Below are positions 17,387 through 26,724 of a stretch of DNA of 38,259 nt, piece after piece. The translations under genes were made by a program, and so were the position numbers. How positions within the stretch are numbered: the stretch's first letter is position 1; each line of letters starts with the position of its first letter. This DNA is from a virus (taxonomy: Duplodnaviria; Caudoviricetes), in the IMG/VR virus record IMGVR_UViG_3300044740_000016, positions 1-38,259 of that record; one strand, written 5' to 3'. The notes under the pieces are model-generated. The model did no database searches and was not told where the DNA came from. It saw only the letters and a list, made by a program, of their open reading frames with translations.

Positions 17387-20025
17387 TGGACTTTGCTAAT
17401 ATTGGCGATGCTATCTCTCAGGCAACTGGCGCAACTCCTCAGAATCACAATCAAGGTTCACAGGATGAACCTTTGCATGTGTATATTTCTGGTTTGCCAA
17501 ATAGTGCGCCTGGGGCACAAAAAACGGCTTTTGACCCTACTAAGTCTTACGGAACACCGGCTAAATTATTAGATAACCTGCAACAAACAGAAAGTAGTGG
17601 CAATCCTTATGCAGTCAATCCCAACACCCAAGCCATGGGGGCATATCAATTTATGCCTTCGACTGTGGCAATGTTGCGCAAACAAGGGATTAAATTTGAC
17701 CCGTTTGATGCAAATCAATCTCGCGCAGCAGCCGATTATTATATTCAGCAATTAGTCGCGCAGAATGGCGGAGATTATTCAAAAGCCATGGCGCAATATG
17801 GTGGGTTTAAAACGAAAGATGCTTCGAAATATGTAGGAAGCGTATTAAATGGCGTAAATGTATCATCACCGCAAACACAGACGCAACAAGCGCCTAACGC
17901 CTCTATCTATAACCCAAAACAATTTATTGATGCTGATGCAATCACCAATGCATTAACTGGCCCTGATAATTCAAGTCAAAATGCACCAACGATCCAACAG
18001 GCACAGGTTGCACCAGGAAATCCGTTAATGCAGCAACTTGGCAGAATAAAACAAGCTGCTGTTGATTTTGCTAATCAACCATTAGCAGAGGAAGTTAATT
18101 CGGTTGTACAAAGTATTCCTGAAGCAGCGTCCAATTTTGCTACAGGTGTTGGAAGTGCTGCTGTCGGAGGATACAAAGGTTTGTATGACCTTGCGACTGG
18201 TCAGGGGTTAGATAAAGCCTCCCAAGACATACAAAATATTCAGCAAAAATATACCTATCAGCCTAAAACGGCAGGCGGACAATTATTGTCAGAAATACCG
18301 TCTCTACCGATAAGTGCGTCTCAAGCCGCGTTATCTCCAACTTTGGGCGCTGCCGGTGGCGCAATTGGAGGTGACAAATGGCGTGCAGCAGGTGAATCAT
18401 TAGGTAACTTCCTGCCCGCTGCTGCTGCTACATTGATGATGGGACGTGGTGCATTAAATGCCGTCAGAGGTTCGCCATTATCGGCAATTGCCAATGCGAA
18501 TAATATTCGCGTTGAACCAACATTAAACGATGTTGCGAGCACCACAGCAGGAGAAAATATTGCACCGCAACAAGCGGCCAATGTTCCATCTAATCAACCT
18601 GCTTTTCAAAGCGTTGGTGCAGCGGCGACACGCAACCCAGATTTAGGGCCATCGCTAAAGCCTCAATTGGCTGCGAAATCGACAGCATTAAATCCTGAGC
18701 CTATTACAAATCCTCAAGAAATGAATTCTAGAGTGCAGACATTATCACGTATCCAAGGACTAGATACGGTACGCAATAGTGCGATAGCGGGTGATTCGGC
18801 GCAAGCCGCCACTGACTATCAACTAGGAAAATATGACGAACCGGCTGGCGTCGCCTCCAAAGCGCAATTTGCGAATGAAAAAAATGCTTTAGAAAATCAC
18901 GCAGAAAGCATCATAGGGGATACCAAAACACCCATAGGAAATGATTTAGATACGCGCATTGATCGAGGTAGAACCATCATGGATGCGTTAGATGGCATTC
19001 GGCAAAATCTTGATAATCAATGGAAAGGTTTGTATGCCCAAGCGGATGCGGAATCGGCTGCTAACGGCTCCAAAATCGCACCCACTAATACGCTTAATTA
19101 CGTTGGAGGAGATAAAGCAGACTTCCTTGGAACAGTGGAAGGGGAGGCTTTATTAAAAGGCGTGAACGCGCGTATGAAATCATTAGGGTTTGTTGATAAA
19201 GATGGTAATCCACAGCCAATTACAGTCAAGCAGGCGGAACAATTAAAGCAATACCTCAATAACCAATGGCAACCGCGTACTAATTTCTTAATTCGCGGCT
19301 TAAAGGATTCGATTGATGAGGACGTAACATCCTCCGGCAGCCCAGATATTTATTCGGCGGCACGCCAATTACGTGCACAAAAGGCCGCCATTTTTGATAA
19401 CCCGGAAGGTATTTCAAAGTTGATGGATTCTGACGGCCCAAATGGTATCAATCGACGAGTCAATCTTGAAGATGTAGGTAATACGATTGCCAATATGTCC
19501 AATGACCAAATGAATCATGTGGTCTCTGTTTTACGCGCCGCACCAGACGAGGTACAGCCGCTCGCGCAAGATGCATTGAAAAATATTCAGGCGCAATTCG
19601 TTAGCAAAATGATTGATGCTGGAACTAAAACAGCAGGCGGAAAACCATTAGAAACATGGAATGCAGCCGGTGTAAATCAGTTCATTAATCAAAACAACGC
19701 AAAACTTCTCAGTGTTTTTAATGACGGGCAGATTAGCAAAATAGCTGACCTGCGCGATGCAGGAAATATCTTAAGCGTTAATCCATCATATCCAGGCTCC
19801 TCGGCGCAGGCCGCTAACGCCTTAAAGATGGGCGCCATGGCTCATCTGACACGCCTTGGAATAACTGGCACTGGAATGGGAATTGGCACCTATCTTAACG
19901 CGCCGGTAACAGGTGCCTATGTCGCGAATGTGCTAGGCGAAAAGTTAGCAAATAAAGTCAATCAAGTAAGTGCGTTATCAAGATTTCAAAAAGGAACTAC
20001 CAAACTTTCAGACATGGTGCATTGA
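17383..20025 (+). CDS. Large ejection protein with N-terminal lytic transglycosylase (SLT) domain
   Basis: QTESSGNPYAVN...AMGAYQFMPST...AMAQY SLT motifs, 880 aa, gp16 position. Confidence 0.85.
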   Translation: MMDFANIGDAISQATGATPQNHNQGSQDEPLHVYISGLPNSAPGAQKTAFDPTKSYGTPAKLLDNLQQTESSGNPYAVNPNTQAMGAYQFMPSTVAMLRKQGIKFDPFDANQSRAAADYYIQQLVAQNGGDYSKAMAQYGGFKTKDASKYVGSVLNGVNVSSPQTQTQQAPNASIYNPKQFIDADAITNALTGPDNSSQNAPTIQQAQVAPGNPLMQQLGRIKQAAVDFANQPLAEEVNSVVQSIPEAASNFATGVGSAAVGGYKGLYDLATGQGLDKASQDIQNIQQKYTYQPKTAGGQLLSEIPSLPISASQAALSPTLGAAGGAIGGDKWRAAGESLGNFLPAAAATLMMGRGALNAVRGSPLSAIANANNIRVEPTLNDVASTTAGENIAPQQAANVPSNQPAFQSVGAAATRNPDLGPSLKPQLAAKSTALNPEPITNPQEMNSRVQTLSRIQGLDTVRNSAIAGDSAQAATDYQLGKYDEPAGVASKAQFANEKNALENHAESIIGDTKTPIGNDLDTRIDRGRTIMDALDGIRQNLDNQWKGLYAQADAESAANGSKIAPTNTLNYVGGDKADFLGTVEGEALLKGVNARMKSLGFVDKDGNPQPITVKQAEQLKQYLNNQWQPRTNFLIRGLKDSIDEDVTSSGSPDIYSAARQLRAQKAAIFDNPEGISKLMDSDGPNGINRRVNLEDVGNTIANMSNDQMNHVVSVLRAAPDEVQPLAQDALKNIQAQFVSKMIDAGTKTAGGKPLETWNAAGVNQFINQNNAKLLSVFNDGQISKIADLRDAGNILSVNPSYPGSSAQAANALKMGAMAHLTRLGITGTGMGIGTYLNAPVTGAYVANVLGEKLANKVNQVSALSRFQKGTTKLSDMVH

Positions 20026-20095
20026 AGATGAAATAACCGGAAAAACCAGACAAGTAGTTTAAAAAATAAGAACTCAATAATAAAAAGGAAAAAAA

Positions 20096-22024
20096 ATGAG
20101 TCGCTCGCTAAGTCCTATCCTTAATGGATATCAGTCATTTTTATTGAATGGCTTACCGAATAATGGCGGTTTCATTAATAGTTTTGTTGCTGGCACTTCA
20201 ACGCCGGTGGTTACTTATCCCACAAAGAACGGTAATACCAATAACGGTACAAGCATCCAATTAAATACAGGTGGCTTCCCACCGCAGCAAATTTGGCTGA
20301 TTGATGGTGTCGCTTATAAATTTCAGGTGACCGATTCATTGGGTAATGTCATCAATACGTATGACAATATTGTCTCTATTGGAACGATAAGCTATAGCGA
20401 AAATAATAATGTGTTTGATTTTGGCGCAGTCGGTGATGGCGTAACCGACGATGGGCCAGCTTTTCGCGCCGCTGTTGCTGCATTACCTTCTGTTGGGGGT
20501 CAAGTTTTTGCGTCCCCACCTCCCGTCTCTTTCTTACTTAAAGCAGCAAATGGAGATACCACCAATACGGCGGTGACTATTGGCTCGAATATTCGTATGA
20601 GCGGCTCAAACCAAGTCTCTGTCACGATTGTTCCAGGAGCTAATAATACAGTTCTATTCCGCGTTACGGGGTTAAATGGTGGCATTGACAATCTTGGAAT
20701 TGATAACCCTGGAGCATTTACCAATGTGTCTGGAATACGATTAGCACCACCTGACGAATCAAATACCACAACGCATTCGGATATCGAGTTTAATCGACTT
20801 TACAATTTGTCGATTCGCAATGTTGCTGAGTCAATTACCTTAAGACCTGGCCCCAACGTTACTGGTCAAGATTCCTACCTCTACTACAACACTTTTGAAA
20901 GTATCAGTATTCGCAATAGTACCCGTGGTATTTGGTTAAAAGTTGCTCCTAATAGTGGCGGTGGCGCTAATGGTAATAACTTCATCGCAGTACGCTGTGG
21001 TGAAACCGGCATGAATACGGGTATTCAAATTGATTTAGGTAGTGAAAATAATTTTTTTGGTTGCGCACTAGAAGGGATTTCTTCTGGTACATCACCAAAT
21101 ACTACGCCAACTGGCTTAATTATTGCTACTGGAAACGGAAGCAATACTGCAAATAACTGCTTCTATAATTTGCGCGTAGAAGCTTGTACGTTGGATATGC
21201 AATTGAATTCCAATTTTTCTGTTCAATTTTATGGACTATTGAATACCGGCACTATTACCGGCACGCCAGCGGTTATGTTAAATGCAAATGGCTTAGCTTA
21301 TTTTGCACAGACTGCCGGAGCTAATCCTCGTTTACTTATTGGGTTTCCAAATAATGGGGACGGCGTCAAGTTTGGAAGTGCCTCTGCCACAACAGCAAAT
21401 ACTTTCTTTTCCTGTAACTTATCTGGTGGCGGTGGCCCAACAGGCTTTTTGGAATTCCTCTATTTACAAACCCAACAAATACTTACCTGGGGGGGAACTG
21501 GCAGCGCATATAGTGGGAATCTTCGATTGAGCAATCCGTTGAGTAATAAACCATTGTTTTTAGGAACTCAAGGCGCAGATAAAGTAGAAATTGACGCAAC
21601 GGGAAATATGTTCCCGGTGGCTGATAATGCTTATACATGCGGCGCATCCGGTCAGAGATGGTCGGCTGTATGGGCTGCCAATGGAACCATCCAAACTTCC
21701 GATGAAAATCTCAAGCAAGACATTCAATCTATTAACGAAGCCGTATTGCGCGCATGGTCAAAAGTTGGATTCTATCAATACAAATTCAAAGATGCGGTGG
21801 CTAAGAAAGACGTTAATGCTAGATGGCATATCGGTGTTATTGCCCAACGTATTGAGGAAGCTTTCCGCGCCGAAGGGTTAGACCCATTCGCTTACGGATT
21901 GCTTTGCAAAGATATTTTGGATGATGGAGCAGAGCGCTATAGCATCAATTATTCCGAGGCATTAGCACTTGAATGTGCTTATTTGCGTGACTGGGTGCAA
22001 TCACATCTAGCAGGGTGTCATTAA
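20096..22024 (+). CDS. Tailspike: head-binding domain, beta-helix and C-terminal S74-type intramolecular chaperone
   Basis: NVFDFGAVGDGVTDDGPAF beta-helix start, N-rich rungs, TSDENLKQDI cleavage motif, WHIGVIAQ and YSINYSEAL. Confidence 0.9.
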   Translation: MSRSLSPILNGYQSFLLNGLPNNGGFINSFVAGTSTPVVTYPTKNGNTNNGTSIQLNTGGFPPQQIWLIDGVAYKFQVTDSLGNVINTYDNIVSIGTISYSENNNVFDFGAVGDGVTDDGPAFRAAVAALPSVGGQVFASPPPVSFLLKAANGDTTNTAVTIGSNIRMSGSNQVSVTIVPGANNTVLFRVTGLNGGIDNLGIDNPGAFTNVSGIRLAPPDESNTTTHSDIEFNRLYNLSIRNVAESITLRPGPNVTGQDSYLYYNTFESISIRNSTRGIWLKVAPNSGGGANGNNFIAVRCGETGMNTGIQIDLGSENNFFGCALEGISSGTSPNTTPTGLIIATGNGSNTANNCFYNLRVEACTLDMQLNSNFSVQFYGLLNTGTITGTPAVMLNANGLAYFAQTAGANPRLLIGFPNNGDGVKFGSASATTANTFFSCNLSGGGGPTGFLEFLYLQTQQILTWGGTGSAYSGNLRLSNPLSNKPLFLGTQGADKVEIDATGNMFPVADNAYTCGASGQRWSAVWAANGTIQTSDENLKQDIQSINEAVLRAWSKVGFYQYKFKDAVAKKDVNARWHIGVIAQRIEEAFRAEGLDPFAYGLLCKDILDDGAERYSINYSEALALECAYLRDWVQSHLAGCH

Positions 22025-22038
22025 GAGGGGAAGGGTGA

Positions 22039-22281
22039 ATGAACGAAATTAATTTTCTATATCTCTTTTTTGCTATGTCATCGGGCGTCTTTGGAATACT
22101 CATCACCCTAATAGGGTGGCTTGGTAATCGGGTAGTCAATAAATTGGATGAGATTTCTCAAAAAATTGAGGATGTGAAGTTTGAATCTTATGAGAAATTT
22201 TCAGACTTACATACGCGGATTTCAAAGTTAGAACATATTGCAGCTAGTAATGACGTCATGAAGATGGCAAATGCTCAATGA
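22039..22281 (+). CDS. Single-TM coiled-coil membrane protein, putative holin/antiholin
   Basis: Hydrophobic N-terminal helix followed by a charged coiled coil. Directly upstream of the endolysin. Confidence 0.6.
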   Translation: MNEINFLYLFFAMSSGVFGILITLIGWLGNRVVNKLDEISQKIEDVKFESYEKFSDLHTRISKLEHIAASNDVMKMANAQ

Positions 22282-22292
22282 TGGGATAAATC

Positions 22293-22769
22293 ATGGATAT
22301 TACTGACTTGAATCGTTATTTACAAATCAATAACGTTCGAGCGTTTCTTAAAGCCATTCGTCTTGGTGAAGGCACCAGCGATGACAAGGGTTATTATCGC
22401 ATCGTTGGCGGTCAGATGTTTGATGATGATTCCAGGCATCCTAATGTTAAGGTATGGCTTCCTCGTTATGAGGTTTATAGTACGGCGGCGGGCGCATATC
22501 AGATTATTTATCCGACATGGAAAAGCCTTGTCGCGATGTATGGTTTTCCTGACTTTAAACCGGATTCGCAAGATAGGGCAGCCGTTGCGCTAATTTTAGG
22601 TAGGAACGCTTTGCAAAATGTTATTGGCGGTGAGTTTGACCAAGCCATACTGAAATGTGCCGCAGAGTGGGCAAGTCTGCCAGGCTCTATTTATGGGCAG
22701 CGCACAGAAAATTACGATAGACTGAAAAAAGTCTACGTTGATAACAAAGGAACTTTCAAAGGAGAGTAA
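22293..22769 (+). CDS. Endolysin, lambda R-like lytic transglycosylase/lysozyme
   Basis: NVRAFLKAIRLGEGT, STAAGAYQ, DFKPDSQDRAA and EWASLPG motifs. Confidence 0.93.
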   Translation: MDITDLNRYLQINNVRAFLKAIRLGEGTSDDKGYYRIVGGQMFDDDSRHPNVKVWLPRYEVYSTAAGAYQIIYPTWKSLVAMYGFPDFKPDSQDRAAVALILGRNALQNVIGGEFDQAILKCAAEWASLPGSIYGQRTENYDRLKKVYVDNKGTFKGE

Positions 22770-23173
22770 TGATGGATGTAATCTCAATCTTGTTAGGATT
22801 AGGATCAAAACTCATCGAAAATCTTTTTCCTGACCCAGCGGTGGCAGCGCAAGCTAAACTGAATTTGCTTAAACTTCAGCAAGACGGTGTATTAGCACAA
22901 ATCAGTGCACAAACTGATATCAATAAAGTTGAAGCGGCTAATCCCAATTTGTTTGTGAGTGGCTGGCGCCCATTCATTGGATGGGTATGCGGTTTTGGGC
23001 TTTGTATGCAATTCTTAATATCGCCATTATTTACTTGGGTTACCGCGCTTTCTGGACATTCTATTGTGTTTCCATCATTGGATATGGGAACCTTATTGAC
23101 TTTACTAGGGGGTATGTTAGGTTTGGGTGGATTAAGAACTGTTGAAAAAATAAGGCGCGTTGGTTCTAAATAG
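22769..23173 (+). CDS. Holin of the 3TM (GTA holin-like) family
   Basis: INKVEAA...FVSGWRPFIGWVCG...LLGGMLGLGGLRTVEK signature. Confidence 0.85.
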   Translation: MMDVISILLGLGSKLIENLFPDPAVAAQAKLNLLKLQQDGVLAQISAQTDINKVEAANPNLFVSGWRPFIGWVCGFGLCMQFLISPLFTWVTALSGHSIVFPSLDMGTLLTLLGGMLGLGGLRTVEKIRRVGSK

Positions 23174-23420
23174 ACTTCTCATCTAGTAATTCATCTTCCA
23201 ATACATATTTAGCCCTTCCTATTTTTACAATTTCTTCAAAAGTGGCTCTATAGTGATAAATATAAGGTTTTTCCCGACTTTTACCAACGCATGGGATATA
23301 CCCTATTGCACCCCAACTTCTAAGCTCTGTGATTATCATAAAGCATCCAGCAAAACTAACATTTTTAATAATCATCGGTGTTAATTGCACAACATCACCA
23401 ATTTTTAAATCATGAACCAT
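23166..23420 (-). CDS. Hypothetical phage protein
   Basis: 84 aa, AGGAG SD, LKIGDVVQL SH3-like start. Confidence 0.7.
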   Translation of the reverse strand: MVHDLKIGDVVQLTPMIIKNVSFAGCFMIITELRSWGAIGYIPCVGKSREKPYIYHYRATFEEIVKIGRAKYVLEDELLDEKSI

Positions 23421-23512
23421 TTAACCGTCTCCTTTGATTTTTTAGTAAAAATATCAATACTAATAAAAATAGGGTTCTATTTGAATCAACTGTATGGCTG
23501 CTAAATAATTGT

Positions 23513-23761
23513 TTAATGTTTGGCTACATAGTTATCGTTTTTGTGCTTTGCAGCATCAAATGCTAATGAACATTGCATTAAAAAATCGTCTTTGTTGATA
23601 TTTAATCTAACCGCCAAATCTGAATAATAAAGGCTTAAGAATTTAAGGGATGTAAAGAGACTTAACTCCTTTTTTTTGAAGTATTCTTCAAGTTCTCTTG
23701 AGATTTCATTTGCTTGCTTAATTACAAATTGTAACTCGTCATCAATTGAATTTTTGTTCAT
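23513..23761 (-). CDS. Hypothetical protein
   Basis: 82-aa ORF, ATGA-coupled to the upstream gene. Confidence 0.65.
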   Translation of the reverse strand: MNKNSIDDELQFVIKQANEISRELEEYFKKKELSLFTSLKFLSLYYSDLAVRLNINKDDFLMQCSLAFDAAKHKNDNYVAKH

Positions 23762-24117
23762 TGATTTACCTTATGTTGAAATTTATTCAAGAAGCTGCTA
23801 ATAATTTCTGTTTGTATGTTAAATATTTCAGCAAGTTTTTCATGAGTTATATTTAATTCAAGACTCATTACTAATAAATCACTCCATGCGTCTAAAGGCC
23901 AATCTTTTAGGTGTGGCGGACATGGAAACCGATATTTTATTGTTGGTTGATGTTCAATTAACCATTTATTTAAATCATACCAATAACATTCCAATCTACT
24001 TTTTTCTTCGTCAGTCATCTTATTAAGTTCTTCTTGAGATACAGGGCTATGACGTCTGTATTTAAGTTCTTCAAAAGATGGCTTTTTATTAGATCGTTTT
24101 TTGGTATTTTTTTTCAT
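23758..24117 (-). CDS. Hypothetical protein, possible C-terminal HTH
   Basis: 119 aa, C-terminal LNITHEKLAEIFNIQTEIISSFL. Confidence 0.65.
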   Translation of the reverse strand: MKKNTKKRSNKKPSFEELKYRRHSPVSQEELNKMTDEEKSRLECYWYDLNKWLIEHQPTIKYRFPCPPHLKDWPLDAWSDLLVMSLELNITHEKLAEIFNIQTEIISSFLNKFQHKVNQ

Positions 24118-24127
24118 TTATTCACTT

Positions 24128-24583
24128 TCATTTGAACCATTTTTTCGCCTTATTAAAAGTTTTAGACCACTGATGGTCAGGATTTTCTTTGAAAAAAACA
24201 TAGCTCGGGTCACTGACCATTTTTGCAAACGCCATTTTTATCAATACCCCTTCCTTGTTATGTAAGGTCATCCAGATTGCATCGAAGTTGCTTGCTTCAA
24301 TTAGGGTATTATCAATTGTGACGCCAAGCAGCTTTGTTCCTCTAAAATTGCATTTATTGATGCGTGTGTTAGATAAATCGCAGCCGGATAAATCAAGGTC
24401 ATCAATGAAGCAGTTTTGCAACGTCAAGCCGGTTAAGTCTGCACCAGCTAAGCTAATATTCCTGCGATGAGCTTCGCGCAATGTTTCCTCCACGCAATTG
24501 TTCTCGCAGGTATGCTCAAAGAGCGTGACGCCGTTTTTATGCTTTATGGGAATGGTTATGGTCAACTCTATTCTCCTCTTCAA
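24128..24583 (-). CDS. Pentapeptide-repeat protein
   Basis: ISLAG-ADLTG-LTLQN-CFIDD-LDLSG-CDLSN-TRINK-CNFRG-TKLLG repeats. Start codon uncertain. Confidence 0.8.
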   Translation of the reverse strand: MKRRIELTITIPIKHKNGVTLFEHTCENNCVEETLREAHRRNISLAGADLTGLTLQNCFIDDLDLSGCDLSNTRINKCNFRGTKLLGVTIDNTLIEASNFDAIWMTLHNKEGVLIKMAFAKMVSDPSYVFFKENPDHQWSKTFNKAKKWFK

Positions 24584-24660
24584 GTAATTTTAGGTACTCA
24601 TGAATTTTATAGCGCTTCATGTAATCGGCTGGTGAGATTTTGACTAATCCAATAGTTTTA

Positions 24661-25032
24661 TTAAACGATAACATCCTTAAATCCTTTCCGAATTCCCGCA
24701 CTCAGATTGCCTTCACCTAATTGCAATGCTTTTTCTACGGTCTCCTGGTCTAAATAGACATAGTAGGCACGACCATCTTTTATGCTGATGGGGCGCCCAA
24801 GTTTTCCGAGTGCCGCTGCAACTTTGCGCCCATCCAAATTACATGTGACATTATCTTTAACCAAAAGATATTGATGTGAAACACGGTCATGAAACAATGC
24901 GCCTGTCAGCCCGTTGTAGGTCACCGTGCCTAATGCTTCTAAGTTGTCATCTGGGATAATCGTACAAAACGCACTCCAATCCCCGTTAATATCGATAGTT
25001 AAACGGCTACGATTAAAGTGCGTTCTTACCAT
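24661..25032 (-). CDS. Hypothetical protein with C-terminal RHH-like DNA-binding domain
   Basis: C-terminal GRP..IKDGRAYYVYLDQETVEKALQLGEGNLSAGIRK. AAGGAG SD. Confidence 0.75.
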   Translation of the reverse strand: MVRTHFNRSRLTIDINGDWSAFCTIIPDDNLEALGTVTYNGLTGALFHDRVSHQYLLVKDNVTCNLDGRKVAAALGKLGRPISIKDGRAYYVYLDQETVEKALQLGEGNLSAGIRKGFKDVIV

Positions 25033-25187
25033 TAATTACACTCCTTATGTTCTTTAGACATATTTTTAACGGCTTTCTCTATGAACTCATTGACGGACAT
25101 ATGAAATTGTTTTGCTACTTGTTCAATTACAAAACCATGTTTTAATAAAGAGCATATTGATTGATTGACATTTAATATAGTGTCCAT
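25032..25187 (-). CDS. Small protein (51 aa), not in the ORF track
   Basis: MDTILNVNQSICSLLKHGFVIEQVAKQFHMSVNEFIEKAVKNMSKEHKECN. GGGGG SD and TAATG overlap with the next gene. Confidence 0.65.
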   Translation of the reverse strand: MDTILNVNQSICSLLKHGFVIEQVAKQFHMSVNEFIEKAVKNMSKEHKECN

Positions 25188-25199
25188 GATTGCCCCCAA

Positions 25200-25412
25200 T
25201 TAAGCTAAACATTGACTAGCAGCTTTTAAATCACGTTGCGAGGGTAATAATCCCCACAAACGTAATGGCTCGATATCATTAGTACGTGGGTTGCGTATTA
25301 ATTGTTCTCCATAAAGATTGATAGTAAAACCATGGTGTTTAATAAGACGGCAAATGCTATATGCGCGGTAAAACTGCTGACGGCGATATTGGGTTAAGTT
25401 TGCGCGTTTCAT
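25200..25412 (-). CDS. Hypothetical protein (70 aa)
   Basis: AGGAG SD, first gene after a candidate promoter. Confidence 0.7.
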   Translation of the reverse strand: MKRANLTQYRRQQFYRAYSICRLIKHHGFTINLYGEQLIRNPRTNDIEPLRLWGLLPSQRDLKAASQCLA

Positions 25413-25462
25413 TTTTATTCTCCTACCCCTGATTTCCCGAGGTGCGGCACATCCATGACTTC

Positions 25463-25490
25463 ATTTTATATCTATAAAATATTTCTTCAA
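25463..25490 (-). promoter_or_regulatory. Sigma70-like promoter overlapped by a palindromic operator
   Basis: TTGAAG-N16-TAAAAT on the minus strand. ATTTTATA-TC-TATAAAAT palindrome at 25463..25480. Confidence 0.65.
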
Positions 25491-25499
25491 GGCATTTAG

Positions 25500-25904
25500 T
25501 CAGGATGTTGTTGCTTTTGCGTAAGAATATTCATTAACACTTTTATAAAACTCTTCCCAAGAAGAGATAACGCGAATTAACCCCTTAATTGCTTCATTTT
25601 GATTTTGGATATGATGGCGATATTCCTTCTCATCAATTGGTTTAGCTGGCACATCTGGACTGGGTTGATAAGCCGCCAGAATGATATCTGACCTATATTG
25701 CAATTTATTTAAGCATTCAAGAATGATTTTAAAATTGTCAATTCGTGATTGATATTCCTGACTTCTAACGAGTTTAAGAACTTCGTTAAGCTCACTACGA
25801 TGCCGTTTGCTCTCATAGTGAAATAGTATGAAGACCATTGTAAAATTCATCATAAAGGCAATTAATAGCGTAATCGTCATTTCATTGCTCATGTCTATCA
25901 CCAT
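25500..25904 (-). CDS. Hypothetical membrane-anchored protein
   Basis: N-terminal hydrophobic helix. The start may be the ATG at 25892. Confidence 0.65.
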   Translation of the reverse strand: MVIDMSNEMTITLLIAFMMNFTMVFILFHYESKRHRSELNEVLKLVRSQEYQSRIDNFKIILECLNKLQYRSDIILAAYQPSPDVPAKPIDEKEYRHHIQNQNEAIKGLIRVISSWEEFYKSVNEYSYAKATTS

Positions 25905-26196
25905 GTATTTTTAACCCCTCTAAAAAGTTAATTGAATAATAAATACGAAACTGAAGCGAATATCTGTCATCCTGACTTAGGCTATTTTTTCCGATGAGCG
26001 GCGCATAACCTTGCATCATTTTTAATGTCATAATTACAAAATCAATATCAGTGAGATTCTCCGAAGTCATAATTATTTTGCGTAATCGCTTGAGTTGCAC
26101 ATAGTAGCGCCAGGTCGATATAAAAAGAATAAATGTTAAGCAAGCGCAAATCACCGTTATAAAGAAAAAGAATAATTTCAATGATTCAATATTCAT
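25882..26196 (-). CDS. Hypothetical membrane-anchored protein
   Basis: N-terminal TM segment LFFFFITVICACLTFILFI. Confidence 0.65.
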   Translation of the reverse strand: MNIESLKLFFFFITVICACLTFILFISTWRYYVQLKRLRKIIMTSENLTDIDFVIMTLKMMQGYAPLIGKNSLSQDDRYSLQFRIYYSINFLEGLKIHGDRHEQ

Positions 26197-26198
26197 TG

Positions 26199-26381
26199 TT
26201 AGTCAACCCATCTTATTTTTTTACTTTGATATAAAAAATCATCAATGGCGCGCTTAGCAGCGATATCAGCTACCGCTCTTAATTCATCAGCCAACGTAGG
26301 ATGTTTTAATTCTGAAGCTCGCCAATAAGCTTCTAATAGCTCTTCATCAGTTAATGAACTGATAATTTTGTTATCGGTCAT
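26199..26381 (-). CDS. Hypothetical protein, partial paralog of 28318..28725
   Basis: KIISSLTDEEL...RAVADIAAKRAIDD vs KIVSSLSDDEL...RAIADAAAQRAIED. Confidence 0.7.
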   Translation of the reverse strand: MTDNKIISSLTDEELLEAYWRASELKHPTLADELRAVADIAAKRAIDDFLYQSKKIRWVD

Positions 26382-26458
26382 TTTTTTTTTGCAGATTTAA
26401 AAAACGCCATAATAAATTTTCTTTTTCAGAATGTCTCGTTTAAAATTGTATTTCGTGG

Positions 26459-26702
26459 ATATTTAAATACATTTAAATACTTACACAATTTTGTTGACTA
26501 CGACGAAATTACGACGATGAGCCGGAAAAGCTTTAAAATACGCCATTATCGATTCCCGTCGTCGGCACCAAGAAAGAAACTCGTAAATCAAATAAAATCA
26601 ATAGTTTATCAGATAAAATCGATAAATAATTACGACAAAATCGTACTTTTTCTCCCTTTTAAATACTTGCGACTACGACAAAATTACGACAAAATTACGA
26701 CG
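26459..26702. other. attP: tRNA 3'-end core, integrase arm repeats and IHF site
   Basis: Core TCGATTCCCGTCGTCGGCACCA at 26549..26570. TACGAC arm repeats at 26499, 26510, 26631, 26674, 26685 and 26696 (11-bp period within groups). WATCAANNNNTTR match at 26596..26608. Adjacent to int. Confidence 0.9.
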
Positions 26703-26724
26703 CTTTAATTTTGGAGTAAATCAG

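Noticed and set aside
20096-22024. Diversity-generating retroelement or shufflon acting on the tailspike
   Set aside because: No reverse transcriptase, no template/variable repeat pair and no invertible tail cassettes were seen.
3202-22808. Many 60-165 aa antisense or alternate-frame ORFs within structural genes
   Set aside because: They are shadows of long, well-supported genes, with no SD or recognisable motifs.
26381-26390. T10 tract at the start of the 60-aa gene as a phase-variation switch
   Set aside because: It could change coupling to a 10-codon upstream ORF, but the region is AT-rich and a single sequence gives no evidence of length variation.
26500-26570. Complete tRNA gene
   Set aside because: Only the last 22 nt are tRNA-like. 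There is no D arm, anticodon arm or 5' acceptor strand upstream.
26499-26702. TACGAC repeats as a mini-CRISPR array
   Set aside because: The repeats are about 10 bp with an 11-bp period and no spacers, which fits integrase arm sites.
26517-26708. 63-aa ORF upstream of int
   Set aside because: It runs through the attP core and arm repeats. Its repeated NYDKI peptide is simply the translated DNA repeat.
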